Both the position numbers and the translations under genes were made by a program. DNA of 64,000 bases, from positions 37,583 through 101,582 of the forward strand of contig CAZYCQ010000006.1 in NCBI GenBank assembly GCA_964645535.1, written 5' to 3'. The notes under the pieces were generated by a model. The model saw only the letters and a list, made by a program, of their open reading frames with translations. It made no database searches and had not been told where the DNA came from. This document shows positions 1-9,879 of the stretch, piece by piece. The DNA comes from an uncultured archaeon. Its GTDB lineage: Archaea > Asgardarchaeota > Heimdallarchaeia > Heimdallarchaeales > Kariarchaeaceae. The first letter of the stretch is position 1; each line of letters starts with the position of its first letter.

Positions 1-471
1 TTCATATTTTCTGTGCCAAACATAGATCGGGACGTTCAACCCATCGCAAGAGATATCCTCAATCATGTGGTCATGGAATAGGGGATCGATGGGGCCATAT
101 CCAATAAGATCTCTTTCAATATAATACATCAATTTGTCTTGTACTGGTGCTGGAACCTTTAGCCCATACGTCTTCAGGGTATCAGTGACCATTTTCTTTA
201 GATATTCCTGGGCTTTTCCTTCATTGGAAAGGACATTGAAATCAACGTCAAGCTCCTCTACAAGCACTTCCTTGATGAATTTGTATAGCCGTTCCTCTTC
301 AGGGGTAAGTGGACTTTCCATTACCTGATAATAGGTTCGCTTGCTGACTGGATCCGTTTGGATAGACGCAAGCGAAAATGGAGGCTTCAATGGATAGTTT
401 TCGAGAAGAAATGGCATTGTAGATTCCAAATCCGAAGTTTGGTCAAAATCGGGTACTTCTATCTTGGACAT
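1..471 (-). CDS. Type IV pilus/archaellum secretion ATPase (FlaI/PilB family), N-terminal part; runs off window start
   Basis: Not in ORF track. Hand translation from ATG at 471: MSKIEVPDF...YYIERDLIGYGPIDPLFHDHMIEDISCDGLNVPIYVWHRKYE, the typical archaeal FlaI-type GYGxIDPL..D..IEDISCDG motif. Confidence 0.85.
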   Translation of the reverse strand, partial: MSKIEVPDFDQTSDLESTMPFLLENYPLKPPFSLASIQTDPVSKRTYYQVMESPLTPEEERLYKFIKEVLVEELDVDFNVLSNEGKAQEYLKKMVTDTLKTYGLKVPAPVQDKLMYYIERDLIGYGPIDPLFHDHMIEDISCDGLNVPIYVWHRKYE

Positions 472-627
472 AATTCCTCTTCCTTACTATTAAGTAATCA
501 TGATCCTTTAAAATGATTTCCAGAAATTCATTCCATGCATTGCTGTGTTTTTTTTGCTGAAGATTGCTCACCAAGTTCTCCCGAGTAGTAGAACTGATAT
601 AAAGATGAATGTTCGAGAACAATTCGG

Positions 628-1686
628 ATGGCCACTACTGACCAATACCTTCTCTCCATAGGTCATATGCTTAAAGATCACCTTGTTGATGAGTTGGAAA
701 AATTCTACAGGCGAAAGGTGAATCATTTCGATATCCATAGCATTCAGTCTCAAGAACGGTTTGGTGCGACAGGATCTCTGATCATTGCAAAATACAGTAT
801 TTCCACGGACATAGGAGATTTTGACAGGCATCTTGCCATCAAGTTCAACCCCTCGAAAGAAAGTGCTTTAGAGGAATTGAAAAACGCCATTCTTTTAGAA
901 AACCAATTTTTTTCATTTCCCCAGTTTGGAGTTCCGAAAGTCCTCTTCATGTCTACTTCAGATCCAAATGTGTTGATCTATGAAGGAATTGAAGGGATAA
1001 ACTATGATGAAATTGAGGAAAAGGGAAAATTGCCATATCTTGCGGGACAACTTCTCGCCCTGATCCATGGAGGAGAGATTCGACCGGTTCAGGAGGAGCT
1101 ATACCGGGATCTTGCCAGAATATTGGGAAGAAAGCTTGCAACTACCGGCAAGGAGTTGGAAATTTCTCAAGCGATGGGAGGGGCATTCAATACCATTCAA
1201 CAGGCCTCTTCAGGATGCAATGCTTTTTCCGATTTTCACCAAAGCAACGTAATGGTGACATTTTCAGATGGAAAACCAATAAAGATGTGGGTCATTGATC
1301 CTGAATTCATGCAGGAAGGTTCTTTTGATCGGATGGAGGATGTGGGGACATTTTTTGGGTTTCAATTTCTCAAGGAATACCAGATTGCAGGTACTTATGA
1401 ACAGGCCAAGATTGATCTTCTTCAGTTTTTGCGAGGGTATGATTCCATATTCTACCAACTTTCGGGCAGGCGCCTTTTCGAGATATATCCTCATGGTTTC
1501 CCCATTCAGTTCTTCATTGCATTTTGGGTTCTCATGGACGGCTTGGATCTAGCAGAAAACCGATTGAATGATCCAACATTCAGCCATCCTGAAATACAGG
1601 ATAGAATTGATTTTGCTTTGAAATTCTTGAGAGATCAAAGTTTCATCAATTTCATCAATAAAGAAATGACTAAGAAATTAGGTTAA
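628..1686 (+). CDS. Kinase-like phosphotransferase (APH/choline-kinase-like fold)
   Basis: LAIKF lysine, helix-C-like EELKN, catalytic-loop-like SDFHQSN, IDPE (DFG-like). Confidence 0.65.
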   Translation: MATTDQYLLSIGHMLKDHLVDELEKFYRRKVNHFDIHSIQSQERFGATGSLIIAKYSISTDIGDFDRHLAIKFNPSKESALEELKNAILLENQFFSFPQFGVPKVLFMSTSDPNVLIYEGIEGINYDEIEEKGKLPYLAGQLLALIHGGEIRPVQEELYRDLARILGRKLATTGKELEISQAMGGAFNTIQQASSGCNAFSDFHQSNVMVTFSDGKPIKMWVIDPEFMQEGSFDRMEDVGTFFGFQFLKEYQIAGTYEQAKIDLLQFLRGYDSIFYQLSGRRLFEIYPHGFPIQFFIAFWVLMDGLDLAENRLNDPTFSHPEIQDRIDFALKFLRDQSFINFINKEMTKKLG

Positions 1687-3117
1687 ATTGATTCGTGGGA
1701 AGCTCTGCAATCTAGGACGAATTTTCGGAATAATTCCAAGCCTTTCCAAAAGACCGACACGTCCAGGTTGCAGAAGGTAGAAATCTCTTGCGAGTTCAGG
1801 ATCAAGGACGTATCTTCCATCAAAAACAATTTTGTTCGAGAGCAACAAGGGATTGAGTTCCTTAAATTCCTGATGGTCAGTCACAATGATTACGATGCTT
1901 GCCCAATCCAAGGCCTTTTCCAATGACTGATCTTCAAATCCGATGCCATTTCCAAAGAGGCGGTCAATTTCTTCGGCAGAATAGAGGGGATCAAAGATTT
2001 TAACTCCCAACGGATTTTTTTCTCTTACCAGAGGTAACAATCTGAGTGTGGGAGAGAGGCGGTGTTCTTTTACTCCTCCTCGATAGGCCAAACCTAGAAC
2101 CAGCACATTTCTCTTCCAATCAGGTGTTACAAGATCAATCATATCGAGGGCATACTCGACCATGTAGTCATTTGTCAATCTTCCTTCCACAAAGATTGTG
2201 GGAAGAAACTCATTTTCCTTCCCTTTTTGGATGACAAAATGTGGATAGACAGGAATGCAATGACCTCCAACTCCGATACCGGGGGTGTGAATATGCGAGA
2301 AGGGTTCGGTATTTGCAACCTGTATAACTTCAAGAATGTCCACTCCTAGGCTGTCAGCAAGAATTGCCAATTGGTTGGCAATAGCGATATTGGCATCTCG
2401 ATAGGCACCCTTGAAGGTTTTTATGGCTTCTGCCGTTGTTGCATCAGAAACCTGGATGACTCCCTTGACAACAAATTGTTCGTAAAGAATTTTAGCGAGT
2501 TCTCCACTTCTCTTATCGACACCACCAACAATTTTCGGATAATTCTCTTCAATATCCTTTATCGCCCTTCCCGAAAAAGTCCTTTCTGGAGCAAAAACCA
2601 GTCCAAAGTCGGAACCGATTCGATATCCCTGTTCTTCAAGGTATGGAGCAATGACCTCAGCAGTGGTTTTTGGAGGCAGAGTGCTTTCCTGAATGAAAAC
2701 GGCGCCCTTTGGAGCCATTTGCGCAAGATTGCGGTATGTCTCAAGCAATCCATCCAAAGCAGCATTTCCGTGGTCGTCTGTAAGTACAGGAATGATAATC
2801 ACAATGAATGAGGTACCATCTACCGCTTCCCCTACATCAGTGGTGGCATGGAAGAGTCCTTTCTTCACGGCTTGTTGCAATCTTTCAGGAACTTGGGGTT
2901 CATCAATGATTGTTTCTCCCCGGTTCAGCATTTCCACAGTTTCAGGGACGATGTCAAGCCCTTTGACATTGAATCCTGCATTGGTGAAAACAGTAGCCAA
3001 AGGAAGACCCATTTTGCCAAGCCCGACCACTGTCACCGTTACATCCCGGGCTTCAATCTTTCGTCTTGCTTCTTCTAGATTGACCGTAAGAATGGACACA
3101 ATTGGAGATAGGAACAA
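1678..3117 (-). CDS. Nucleotide-sugar dehydrogenase (UDP-ManNAc/UDP-GlcNAc 6-dehydrogenase family)
   Basis: GLGKMG Rossmann motif, ESTLPP, APER, GVGGHCIP catalytic Cys, GLAYR. Confidence 0.9.
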   Translation of the reverse strand: MFLSPIVSILTVNLEEARRKIEARDVTVTVVGLGKMGLPLATVFTNAGFNVKGLDIVPETVEMLNRGETIIDEPQVPERLQQAVKKGLFHATTDVGEAVDGTSFIVIIIPVLTDDHGNAALDGLLETYRNLAQMAPKGAVFIQESTLPPKTTAEVIAPYLEEQGYRIGSDFGLVFAPERTFSGRAIKDIEENYPKIVGGVDKRSGELAKILYEQFVVKGVIQVSDATTAEAIKTFKGAYRDANIAIANQLAILADSLGVDILEVIQVANTEPFSHIHTPGIGVGGHCIPVYPHFVIQKGKENEFLPTIFVEGRLTNDYMVEYALDMIDLVTPDWKRNVLVLGLAYRGGVKEHRLSPTLRLLPLVREKNPLGVKIFDPLYSAEEIDRLFGNGIGFEDQSLEKALDWASIVIIVTDHQEFKELNPLLLSNKIVFDGRYVLDPELARDFYLLQPGRVGLLERLGIIPKIRPRLQSFPRINLT

Positions 3118-3146
3118 TTCATATTAAATCTTTAGAATTTGTTCTT

Positions 3147-3425
3147 TCAATAGCGGATTTCAAAGGAACCAAATTTTTCCCCCTCATTGGGATCAAGATT
3201 GGTTACTTCAACCACATCCACCTTTGCCCTCTTGGGACCTACTTTTGCCCATTCGATGAACCTGTTCACCGCTTCATCATCTCCATATACCTCGGCTTCA
3301 ACATCCCCATTTGGAAGATTTCGGACATAGCCAAAGACACCAAGCCTATCTGCCTCGATTTTTGCGGACTTTCTATAGAACACTCCTTGGACAATTCCGG
3401 ATATTCTGAGTTTTACCCGTTTCAT
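3147..3425 (-). CDS. acyP: Acylphosphatase
   Basis: GIVQGVFYR and GYVRNLPNGDVE signatures. Confidence 0.95.
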   Translation of the reverse strand: MKRVKLRISGIVQGVFYRKSAKIEADRLGVFGYVRNLPNGDVEAEVYGDDEAVNRFIEWAKVGPKRAKVDVVEVTNLDPNEGEKFGSFEIRY

Positions 3426-3547
3426 TAATCAAATTAGCAGAGGATACCTATTTAGGATTTTCCCCTTTTCAAAGATTACCGGTTCACTCAAACTAAAACC
3501 TGTTGATTATGGGAAAAATTAAGAGATTTGAATGAAAGGAAGGAATA

Positions 3548-4906
3548 ATGAATGTTGACCATATATTCCGAGCTTACGACATTAGGGGGATCGTTGGCGA
3601 GGATTTGACGGAGGAAGTAATTAATCGCATTGGAAAGGCCTTTGCAGTTTTCATCAGGAAGCGGGGTCATGATGTCGTGGCTGTTGGAGGCGACATAAGA
3701 GGAACCACATCGGAACTTCAACGGTCTCTTATTAATGGGATCACCGAAATGGGAGTCAATGTCCATCTTGTGGAGACGGGCCCCTTGGGATTGGCTCTCT
3801 TTGAATCCTTCGATCGAAAACTTGGAGCAAGTGCTTTTGTTACAGCTTCCCATCTCCCACCTGAATGGAACGGAGTTAAGTTCTATTGGGGGGAGGGAAT
3901 AGGCTTTTCTCCTGAGGAAAACGAAGAAATCCACGACTTGTTCAGACAAAATGAATTTGCCCCTGCTGAGAAACAGGGAACTGTCGAAAAGGTCTCCACT
4001 TACCAAAGATATGTAGAATATCTGAAAGATAAGTTTGCTTTCGAAAAAGATCATGTGATCGGTGTTGATTGCGGCAATGGGGCAACTTCAGTCATAATGC
4101 CCCAACTTTTTGAGGATCTAGGATTCAAGGTTTACTCCATATTCGACGAGCCTGACCCCACCTTTCCCAACAGAACATCGGAACCAAATGCAGAATCTCT
4201 CAAGAAATTTGGAGAATTCCTGAAAACAAAGACAGTTGAATTTGGGGCGGGATTTGATGGAGATGGAGACAGATGCGTTTTCACAGACGAAAATGGACAG
4301 GTCATTCCATCAGACAATGCTGGACTAATCATTGCAGAATATCTTGTCAAAACCAGTGGCAACCCCAGAGTCATCATCAATGAGGAATGCAGCAAAATTG
4401 TTGAAGATGAGCTTAAAAAAATGGGTGCTGAGGTTAAACGAATACGAGTTGGGCATTCATTCCTTTCTTTGGAGGCAAAGGCAACTAATTCGATCTGGGG
4501 AATTGAGGCTTCAGGCCATGCAGTTGCACCTGAAATCTTTCTTTTCGACGATGCCCTTATACTCCCCTTGCTTATGGCAAAGGCTTTGGAATATCATGGA
4601 AAACCCCTTTCCGAACTGAATTCGAAAATCCCTTCCAGCGTTCGACAGCGATTTGACTTGAAATGCAATGATTCAGTCAAGTTCGAGTTGGTGGAAAAGC
4701 TTACCAAAATTTACAAGGAAAGGTATGCTCAAGTCAGCACTCTTGATGGAGTATCTGTTACCTTGCCTGAAGGGAGAGTTCTTGTCAGAGTATCCAATAC
4801 TAGTCCAAAAATACGCGTGACTGTTGAAGCCCTGAATCAGGAAGATTTTGAAAACCTTCAAAAACGGTTCCTGCCAGAAATCCAAGACATGATCAATGGT
4901 TCTTGA
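3548..4906 (+). CDS. Phosphomannomutase/phosphoglucomutase
   Basis: FRAYDIRG, TASHLP phosphoserine loop, DGDGDR metal loop, RVSNT. Confidence 0.9.
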   Translation: MNVDHIFRAYDIRGIVGEDLTEEVINRIGKAFAVFIRKRGHDVVAVGGDIRGTTSELQRSLINGITEMGVNVHLVETGPLGLALFESFDRKLGASAFVTASHLPPEWNGVKFYWGEGIGFSPEENEEIHDLFRQNEFAPAEKQGTVEKVSTYQRYVEYLKDKFAFEKDHVIGVDCGNGATSVIMPQLFEDLGFKVYSIFDEPDPTFPNRTSEPNAESLKKFGEFLKTKTVEFGAGFDGDGDRCVFTDENGQVIPSDNAGLIIAEYLVKTSGNPRVIINEECSKIVEDELKKMGAEVKRIRVGHSFLSLEAKATNSIWGIEASGHAVAPEIFLFDDALILPLLMAKALEYHGKPLSELNSKIPSSVRQRFDLKCNDSVKFELVEKLTKIYKERYAQVSTLDGVSVTLPEGRVLVRVSNTSPKIRVTVEALNQEDFENLQKRFLPEIQDMINGS

Positions 4907-5288
4907 TTGGTTGATTGAATTCCAAGAGATTGCCGGACGGGTCTCTCAAATGAAATGTCCGGACTGACCAGTCCGGTCGATCCGTAGGATCCGAAAGAAG
5001 CACAATTCCATTTTCCTTGAATCGGTTTGCAAGGGAATCAACATCATCAGTCCGGAAAATAACCGCGATAGGGTCAGAACATTCATGGCATTTGGATTCA
5101 TCTTTTAAGCCCAATGCCTGCTCCATCTTCTCTCGATCGAAGATTGCAAGAGTTGCACCTTCAGTGGAAAATTCAGCGTATTTGTTGGCATCATCGACAA
5201 ATCGCACCTCAAACCCAAGCTTGTCTCGATAGAATGTAACCATTTCATCAAAACAATCAGTTAGGAGACGAACATAGTTCAGGTTCAT
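4893..5288 (-). CDS. VOC/glyoxalase family protein
   Basis: FYRDKLGF and RDPSGNLLEF motifs. Confidence 0.85.
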   Translation of the reverse strand: MNLNYVRLLTDCFDEMVTFYRDKLGFEVRFVDDANKYAEFSTEGATLAIFDREKMEQALGLKDESKCHECSDPIAVIFRTDDVDSLANRFKENGIVLLSDPTDRPDWSVRTFHLRDPSGNLLEFNQPIKNH

Positions 5289-5544
5289 GGTCTATATTGG
5301 CACGTACCTCTTCAAATGGTTTTTTACAATCATTCAAATTCCCGCTAAAAAAACTCCTGCATCTTGGGTGTCTCAGAAACGCAAGATTTTGGAAAAGAAA
5401 TACTGATTCGCAAAAGTGTTAATATGTGGGGGGAGGGAGGGAAGCCCCGTAAAAAAATTATCGGAGCTTCCAATTGTATTATGTCATCACACCTTATTAT
5501 ACCTTTTGTTATCAAATGAACTTTCTGTCGAGTTTGCGGCAATA

Positions 5545-6363
5545 TCAAGTCCTTTGGTAGATCACGGAAATCCATCTTTGCAGAGTCCCTGCCTTCATTC
5601 CTTCACGTGCTTCAGGTAGGAAGTCAATTTCCATCACCTCTTCCATAGCCTTATCTTCAGGAATCCCTTCATTCCGTAGCTTTTCACCAAGGTCAATGAT
5701 CTTGCCCATGTATTCATGGTATGTCTTGATAACCTCAAGTGTATCTACAGGAGACCCATGACCTGGAATGACCCATTCGGGGCGAATCTCAAGGATTCTC
5801 TCCATTGCAGATTTCCAATCATAAGGTGAGGCAGTTGGGTCTCCACCCCATGGAAATCGTCCTACAAACAGGTTATCCCCTGCAAAAATAACATTATCCG
5901 TTTTGAGATGAATAAGTACAGAGCCAGAAGTATGTCCCCCTGTATGGATTATTTCCACATTGTCGATTTCTTCTGGAACAAAGGGATTAGTTGAAAAGAC
6001 CCTGCTTGGAGGGGTCGGCTCAAGATCAAGGAACTGTTCATCCTGCTTCCTGACTCTGTCAAGGAATTCTTCAGTCATGTAATTTTTTTCAAAATTCTGG
6101 AGAGCCAACTGATGACCATACATCGGCACGTCATGAAAAACCTGGCTCCCACCGGTATGGTCGAAGTGGTAATGGGTGAATACCCCACCCAACAATTGTC
6201 CTCCCCTAATGGTTTCAAGCGATTGACGAATCTCGCGTGCCACCTTGGGATACATGGATGTATCAATCAGAAATTTCCCGGATTCCAAGGCAATAAGACC
6301 GACATTTCCGACGGTACTTCCATCGGTGATGGCATAGACGTTTTCAGTCACTTTTTCGAACAT
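5545..6363 (-). CDS. Metallo-beta-lactamase-fold hydrolase
   Basis: THYHFDHTGG, GHTSG, AGDN, IPGHG; start moved to ATG at 6363 (MFEKV). Confidence 0.9.
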   Translation of the reverse strand: MFEKVTENVYAITDGSTVGNVGLIALESGKFLIDTSMYPKVAREIRQSLETIRGGQLLGGVFTHYHFDHTGGSQVFHDVPMYGHQLALQNFEKNYMTEEFLDRVRKQDEQFLDLEPTPPSRVFSTNPFVPEEIDNVEIIHTGGHTSGSVLIHLKTDNVIFAGDNLFVGRFPWGGDPTASPYDWKSAMERILEIRPEWVIPGHGSPVDTLEVIKTYHEYMGKIIDLGEKLRNEGIPEDKAMEEVMEIDFLPEAREGMKAGTLQRWISVIYQRT

Positions 6364-6538
6364 AATGAGCCATGATTGATGCAAATGATAAAAATGATTG
6401 GCTTGAGGTAAAAAAGCACCAATATTTAGTGGAAAACAATCAATTGGACGAGATCCAAATTCATCACCACTATTCCGAAAATGCATAAGCGAAAATTTGT
6501 GGTCTTGATTCAGCATTTAATTTGAAATGTATTAGTGT

Positions 6539-8257
6539 GTGATTGTGACTCAAAAGGGACTGGGAAAACACTTTGTCGTGTTGATTATTGTGATAGGTGC
6601 AGGATACTTCTTGGCGCCACAGGAAATGGAAGAAGGAAAGTATTCCTCCTCATTTATCCTTGATGGAAAAAAAGTTCAGGACATCTCTTTCATGGTCAGC
6701 AGCTTGAAGAGCAGCAAAACAACCACTGCACGGTTCAATATTTCATCAACGACATTTGAGATTACCTATCTGGAAACCTATGCTAACGACCTAGGATCAA
6801 AAATTTGGTTTTCGGTGAGGGTTTTTAGCTTAAACGCCGATATCAGCAAAGAATATCGTGAAAGACTAAACCTGAGGGTTGAAGGATCCAATGAATTTGC
6901 CATCACACTTGCACCAAAATATACAGGCACAATTGATTTTAGTTTCCGAGTTCTTAGATATTCACAGATCATCCTGCCTCTTCTCATGGCAATTGCTTAC
7001 CTATGGTTGACTGAACTCATTCCCCTCTCTGCCGCATCCCTCATTGTGCCGGCAGTCATAATCATTTTCGACATTGATACATCAACATCAGCTCTATCTC
7101 CCTTTTTCTCGAAAATTATTGTCCTCTTTTTTTCAGGGTTTCTCCTTGCTAAAGCAATGCAACGGGTAAAGCTAGATGAATATTTATCATTGCTCATCCT
7201 CTCCAAGATACCACCAAACGGAAACATTTTACTGTTAATTCTCATGAGCTTGACTGCCTTTTTTTCAATGTTCATGAGCAATACCGCGGCTGCCGCTGTT
7301 CTTATCCCACTTTCGCAATCACTATTGGGAAAAATCGATGAAGATCATGAGACCTTTCAAAAAGTGACAGTGCTAGGCATCGCCTACGCCGCAACCATGG
7401 GAGGCATTGGATCACTTATTGGAACACCACCAAACCTGATGGCGGTAGAGTTTGTCTCTTCATATGAAGGTGTCGAAATCGGTTTTCTTGATTGGTTCTT
7501 TTTTGGATTGCCTGTCATGATGGTTATGATACCTATAATCTATCTTTACCTCAGATGGAAGTACAAACCGACAATTTCACGAAATGCGTTGAAAGAAACA
7601 AAGAGAACCGCACTTCTCACCTTAAAGGAACATCATAAATTTTCAAAAGATCAATGGATTGTGTCAATCGTGTTCATCGGAATTGTTGGGTTTTGGCTAA
7701 CAGAGCAGTTCCATAACATCCATGCAGGAATTATCGCCTTGATCGCGGCAATCGTCCTGTTTTTTGCAGGACAGATACAGGAAGAGGACGTCAATTCAAT
7801 CAACTGGAATGTTCTTCTTACTTTTGGTGGAGGAATCTCTCTCGGCTCGATCGTTCTGAAATCAGGACTTGCAGAATGGTTTGCCTCATTGTTCATTTCA
7901 CTTAAAGGAAGTCCAATATGGTTGATCCTCCTCAGTCTCGGAATTTTCGCCCTAATTCTCACTGCTTTTGCTTCAAACACCGCTTCAGCAGCCATCCTTA
8001 TTCCAATTGCAATGCCTATTGGTAATCTCTTCGGATTGAACCCTGTAACCTTGGCAATCTATATTGCAATCGTCTGCTCTGTCGATTTCGCAATTGTCAT
8101 AGGCACTCCAACAACCCTGCTTGCATATAGTACTGGAATGTTCAAGGTCAAGGAGATTTTTCAAATCGGCATCATATTGGATCTAATAGGCCTGATCCTA
8201 ACTTGGACTATGGCCGCATTGCTATTTGAACTGAGTTTCCAAATCCTCTTTCCATAG
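6539..8257 (+). CDS. DASS/SLC13 family anion:sodium symporter with extra N-terminal soluble domain
   Basis: Twin SNT motifs (MSNTAAA, ASNTASA), IGTPPN, many TM helices. Confidence 0.88.
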   Translation: MIVTQKGLGKHFVVLIIVIGAGYFLAPQEMEEGKYSSSFILDGKKVQDISFMVSSLKSSKTTTARFNISSTTFEITYLETYANDLGSKIWFSVRVFSLNADISKEYRERLNLRVEGSNEFAITLAPKYTGTIDFSFRVLRYSQIILPLLMAIAYLWLTELIPLSAASLIVPAVIIIFDIDTSTSALSPFFSKIIVLFFSGFLLAKAMQRVKLDEYLSLLILSKIPPNGNILLLILMSLTAFFSMFMSNTAAAAVLIPLSQSLLGKIDEDHETFQKVTVLGIAYAATMGGIGSLIGTPPNLMAVEFVSSYEGVEIGFLDWFFFGLPVMMVMIPIIYLYLRWKYKPTISRNALKETKRTALLTLKEHHKFSKDQWIVSIVFIGIVGFWLTEQFHNIHAGIIALIAAIVLFFAGQIQEEDVNSINWNVLLTFGGGISLGSIVLKSGLAEWFASLFISLKGSPIWLILLSLGIFALILTAFASNTASAAILIPIAMPIGNLFGLNPVTLAIYIAIVCSVDFAIVIGTPTTLLAYSTGMFKVKEIFQIGIILDLIGLILTWTMAALLFELSFQILFP

Positions 8258-8311
8258 TCATCATTGCAGCAGAAGAGCAAAAGACTATGTTTTATATTCA
8301 ATGTCAGAACC

Positions 8312-9517
8312 ATGATTGTGAAAACCTTCCCCAAAATGGTCAAATGGGAAGAAGCTATGCAACTGATTTCCTCCCATATTCGACCAATTGCTGATGAAGA
8401 ACCAATCTCCATCAATGATGCATATGGACGAATAGCAAGCAGAAACGTCACTGCAACCCGACAGATCCCAGCATTCCCCATGTCCCTCGTCGACGGATTT
8501 GCAGTCGCAGATGACTCTGGAGAATGGACAATTGTAGGAGAAGTCAAGATCGGAAAACAGCACCAGATCAAACTCGAAGAAGGACAATGTGCACGAATCG
8601 CAACAGGTGGGATAGTACCCGAAGGAACATACGCCATTCTCAAAATAGAGGACGTTCAATTGACACAAACAGAAACACAAGGAACTGTCATCTATTCAAA
8701 AGAAATCAAAAAAGGAAATGAATTCGTCCCGGCAGGAAGTGACATTCCCTTGGGAAAAACCATACTCAAACACGGCCAACGAATTGGCTTCAAAGAAATC
8801 ACAGTACTATCCGCCCAAGGACATCCCGCAGTCTTCGTCAAACGAAAACCAAGAATCTTCCTGATCATCACTGGTCATGAAATCAAACCCCCAGGAGTAG
8901 AGCTGCAACATGGTGAAACATACGATTCCACATCGGCAATGCTACGGGCACTTGTCACACGCCTAGGAGCAGAAATTCTTGAAGTCATCTATGTGGGAGA
9001 AGACGTCGATTCAATCAGAGCCGCTCTAGGACAGTCAATGCCCATCGCAGACCTCATCATAACAACAGGAGGAACATCGGTAGGAAAGGCAGACAACGTC
9101 GCAAAAACAATCGAAATGCTCGGTCAAATCATCTTCCATGGAATGAACGTCCGACCAGGAAAACCAATGCTCTTCGGAATGATTGAAGGAACACCAATCC
9201 TAGGATTCCCGGGATTTGTAACCTCAAGCCTCGTCATGGCTCACCTTCTCCTCCCAAAAGTCATTGCAGACCTCTATGGAATCCCTCCCATCGAATTGAA
9301 ACAAACTCAAGTCCAACTGGCAAATGATATCAAAGGATACCTAGGATGGAACCGTATCATCCCAGGAAAAATCATCCAAGGAAAATTCCACTCAACTTTC
9401 AAAACAAGCGCAGCACTAAGCAGCTTCGCAGAATCTCAAGGATATATCCACCTGAAACCGGACGAGGAGATCGCAAGAAAAGGAGAAACCAGACTGTTCA
9501 CCCACTTCATCAAATGA
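8312..9517 (+). CDS. moeA: Molybdopterin molybdenumtransferase
   Basis: SLVDGFAV, IATGG.VP.G, TTGGTSVG..D, RPGKP, PGF; start moved to ATG 8312. Confidence 0.9.
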   Translation: MIVKTFPKMVKWEEAMQLISSHIRPIADEEPISINDAYGRIASRNVTATRQIPAFPMSLVDGFAVADDSGEWTIVGEVKIGKQHQIKLEEGQCARIATGGIVPEGTYAILKIEDVQLTQTETQGTVIYSKEIKKGNEFVPAGSDIPLGKTILKHGQRIGFKEITVLSAQGHPAVFVKRKPRIFLIITGHEIKPPGVELQHGETYDSTSAMLRALVTRLGAEILEVIYVGEDVDSIRAALGQSMPIADLIITTGGTSVGKADNVAKTIEMLGQIIFHGMNVRPGKPMLFGMIEGTPILGFPGFVTSSLVMAHLLLPKVIADLYGIPPIELKQTQVQLANDIKGYLGWNRIIPGKIIQGKFHSTFKTSAALSSFAESQGYIHLKPDEEIARKGETRLFTHFIK

Positions 9518-9614
9518 AGCAAAATTCATTGACTAATCAGATTCGATCTGAAATGCAGACCATCAGCTTTACACAATGATTGCAACCTATGCCAGATACT
9601 CCATTGTAGCATCA

Positions 9615-9857
9615 GTTTCAATCCCTAATGGGTCTTCACCCTCTCATAACAAGTCAACATAGGATTTTAAAAAATGTAGACCCATGGTTTCAATCCCTTA
9701 AGGGTTCTCATCTCTCGCGACCAAGATTGACATGCTGAAAAACCATGGAGAAGGGTTCAAACCCTCATATGTTTTCAGCAGTTACAACAAGTCAACATAT
9801 AATTTAAAAAAATGTGGGGTCATGGTTTCAATCCCTTATGGGTTATCATCTCTTGAC
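9615..9857 (-). CRISPR. Degenerate orphan CRISPR-like mini-array (4 diverged repeats, 3 spacers)
   Basis: Repeats at 9615-9650, 9687-9721, 9754-9788 (most diverged) and 9825-9857; three begin GTTTCAATCCCT. Reverse complement of repeat 2 is GTCGCGAGAGATGAGAACCCTTAAGGGATTGAAAC (CCC/GGG hairpin plus ATTGAAAC handle). Spacers 36, 32 and 36 bp. No cas genes in window. Confidence 0.6.
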
Positions 9858-9879
9858 AAAGACTAATTTTATAACTTAA

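Noticed and set aside
5428-5457. G-rich tract GGGGGGAGGGAGGGAAGCCCC as a G-quadruplex or ncRNA
   Set aside because: Only three separate G-runs; short; could simply be a terminator-like hairpin
9745-9780. tRNA T-arm-like piece as an att site of an integrated element
   Set aside because: Match is short, gapped and upstream of the tRNA; no integrase in the window
9615-9857. Repeats as ORB elements, or as an active adaptive CRISPR array
   Set aside because: No ORB-like TCCA..GAAA/G-string pattern; repeats are too diverged and spacers duplicated for an active array; no cas1/2 nearby
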